Origin: Chlorobiota bacterium
Lineage (GTDB): Bacteria > Bacteroidota > Ignavibacteria > Kapaibacteriales > NICIL-2
DNA: 64,000 nt
Reading direction: 5' to 3'
Assembly (NCBI GenBank): GCA_044228685.1
Contig: JBGAUL010000002.1
Span: 206,218 to 270,217, forward strand
A model generated the notes under the pieces. It ran no database searches and was not told the origin of the DNA. It saw nothing but the letters and a program-made list of their open reading frames with translations. A program made the position numbers and the translations under genes. Below, piece by piece: positions 63,278 through 64,000 of the stretch; position 1 is the stretch's first letter; each line of letters starts with the position of its first letter.

Positions 63278-64000
63278 TCAACCGCGATTATCGCACTCCC
63301 AATCGAGAACAGCGAGAGTTTTATCATAGAGTGCTTTGGCGCGTTCGTGAGTACTACCGATGCAGACCAGACCGATCTTACCAAATTCAGAAAGTGCGCC
63401 GATGATATGGAACATCACGCCTTCTTGTGCTGCACCATCGTACATGAGACCATGGAGCATTGCGATGTCGATGAGATCATCAGGTGTAAGACCCTTGTAC
63501 TTTTCGCTCATGACATTATCTGAGGCGAAGTACATACGCACATTACCCGAGGCGGTGTAATACTTGCCGCTATCGGCATCATATTGTCCATCGCTTAGAA
63601 ACTGCAACATCAAGTAGGGATGCGTTGTACCACCTTTGCGCAGATTGATTTCGATTGCATAATTCTCCCACGAACCATCGCTTAGTTGAACGGAGATGAA
63701 GTCGATTGCGAAGCGACCGAGAGCGCCTTTGCTGCTGAGAGCTTTGGCGACTTTGCGACCTTCGACAGCGAGTTGCGGACCGTATGCAGGATCTGCGGGA
63801 AAGATCGCGCCGAGGAAGACCTGTCCGTCGTCACCACCCAGCAACTGATCATGCGTACTAGCCACTTCGACGCGACCGTTGGGTCCGATGACGCACTGCA
63901 CTGACGGCGACATCTTCACTTCACCTTCAAGAAACTCCTCAACGATACCACCCATGTCGTGGAACTTGCGATAGAACAATTCCAGTGACACAGTTGAAGC
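63278..64000 (-). CDS. ATP-grasp-type (PGM1-like peptide ligase-related) protein, C-terminal part; N-terminus beyond the window
   Basis: The frame stays open to the window end. The block GRFAIDFISVQLSDGSWENYAIEINLRKGGTTHP resembles the Mg-ATP-binding C-domain of ATP-grasp ligases. The specific PGM1-like call is from memory only. Confidence 0.45.
   Translation of the reverse strand, partial: ASTVSLELFYRKFHDMGGIVEEFLEGEVKMSPSVQCVIGPNGRVEVASTHDQLLGGDDGQVFLGAIFPADPAYGPQLAVEGRKVAKALSSKGALGRFAIDFISVQLSDGSWENYAIEINLRKGGTTHPYLMLQFLSDGQYDADSGKYYTASGNVRMYFASDNVMSEKYKGLTPDDLIDIAMLHGLMYDGAAQEGVMFHIIGALSEFGKIGLVCIGSTHERAKALYDKTLAVLDWECDNRG

Overview
This 64-kb chromosomal window comes from a Gram-negative bacterium of FCB-superphylum type (Bacteroidota/Ignavibacteriota-like). 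Most start codons lack a Shine-Dalgarno motif. Many secreted proteins end in T9SS-type C-terminal sorting domains, and many signal peptides cleave as AxA|Q. The window nevertheless also carries chemotaxis and flagellar genes. In order it contains: cheA (5'-truncated), cheB, a sigma-28-type promoter, a small flagellar operon protein and flgE; a 650-bp structured non-coding stretch with REP-like composite palindromic repeats bracketing a small lipoprotein gene; a CPBP protease and a GNAT-like gene; a 1693-aa LamG/Ig-repeat T9SS protein; an M61-like peptidase; rpoN; and a ~900-bp ORF-poor gap. These are followed by a PAS histidine kinase and a REC-HK hybrid; an ABM protein; phoU-pstBAC (no pstS) with an orphan OmpR-type regulator; a cluster of BNR/beta-propeller T9SS cargo genes; HAD, DUF1761-like and cupin genes and an alpha-oxoamine synthase; a TlpA-like oxidoreductase; and a glutaminyl cyclase. 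Next come an arsR-SRPBCC-VOC operon with a double palindromic operator and a cytochrome c oxidase operon (cyt c, II, I, III, IV, a second III-like gene, a CxxC miniprotein). The most unusual locus follows: a tightly spaced operon encoding a predicted outer-membrane beta-barrel, a 2451-aa protein and a six-FN3 protein, none of which I can assign to a known system. The window ends with a Tat-signal Ntn asparaginase and a partial ATP-grasp gene. I saw no rRNA, tRNA, CRISPR array, transposase, integrase or recognisable phage or defence genes. All family assignments come from motif recognition by eye; no searches were run.
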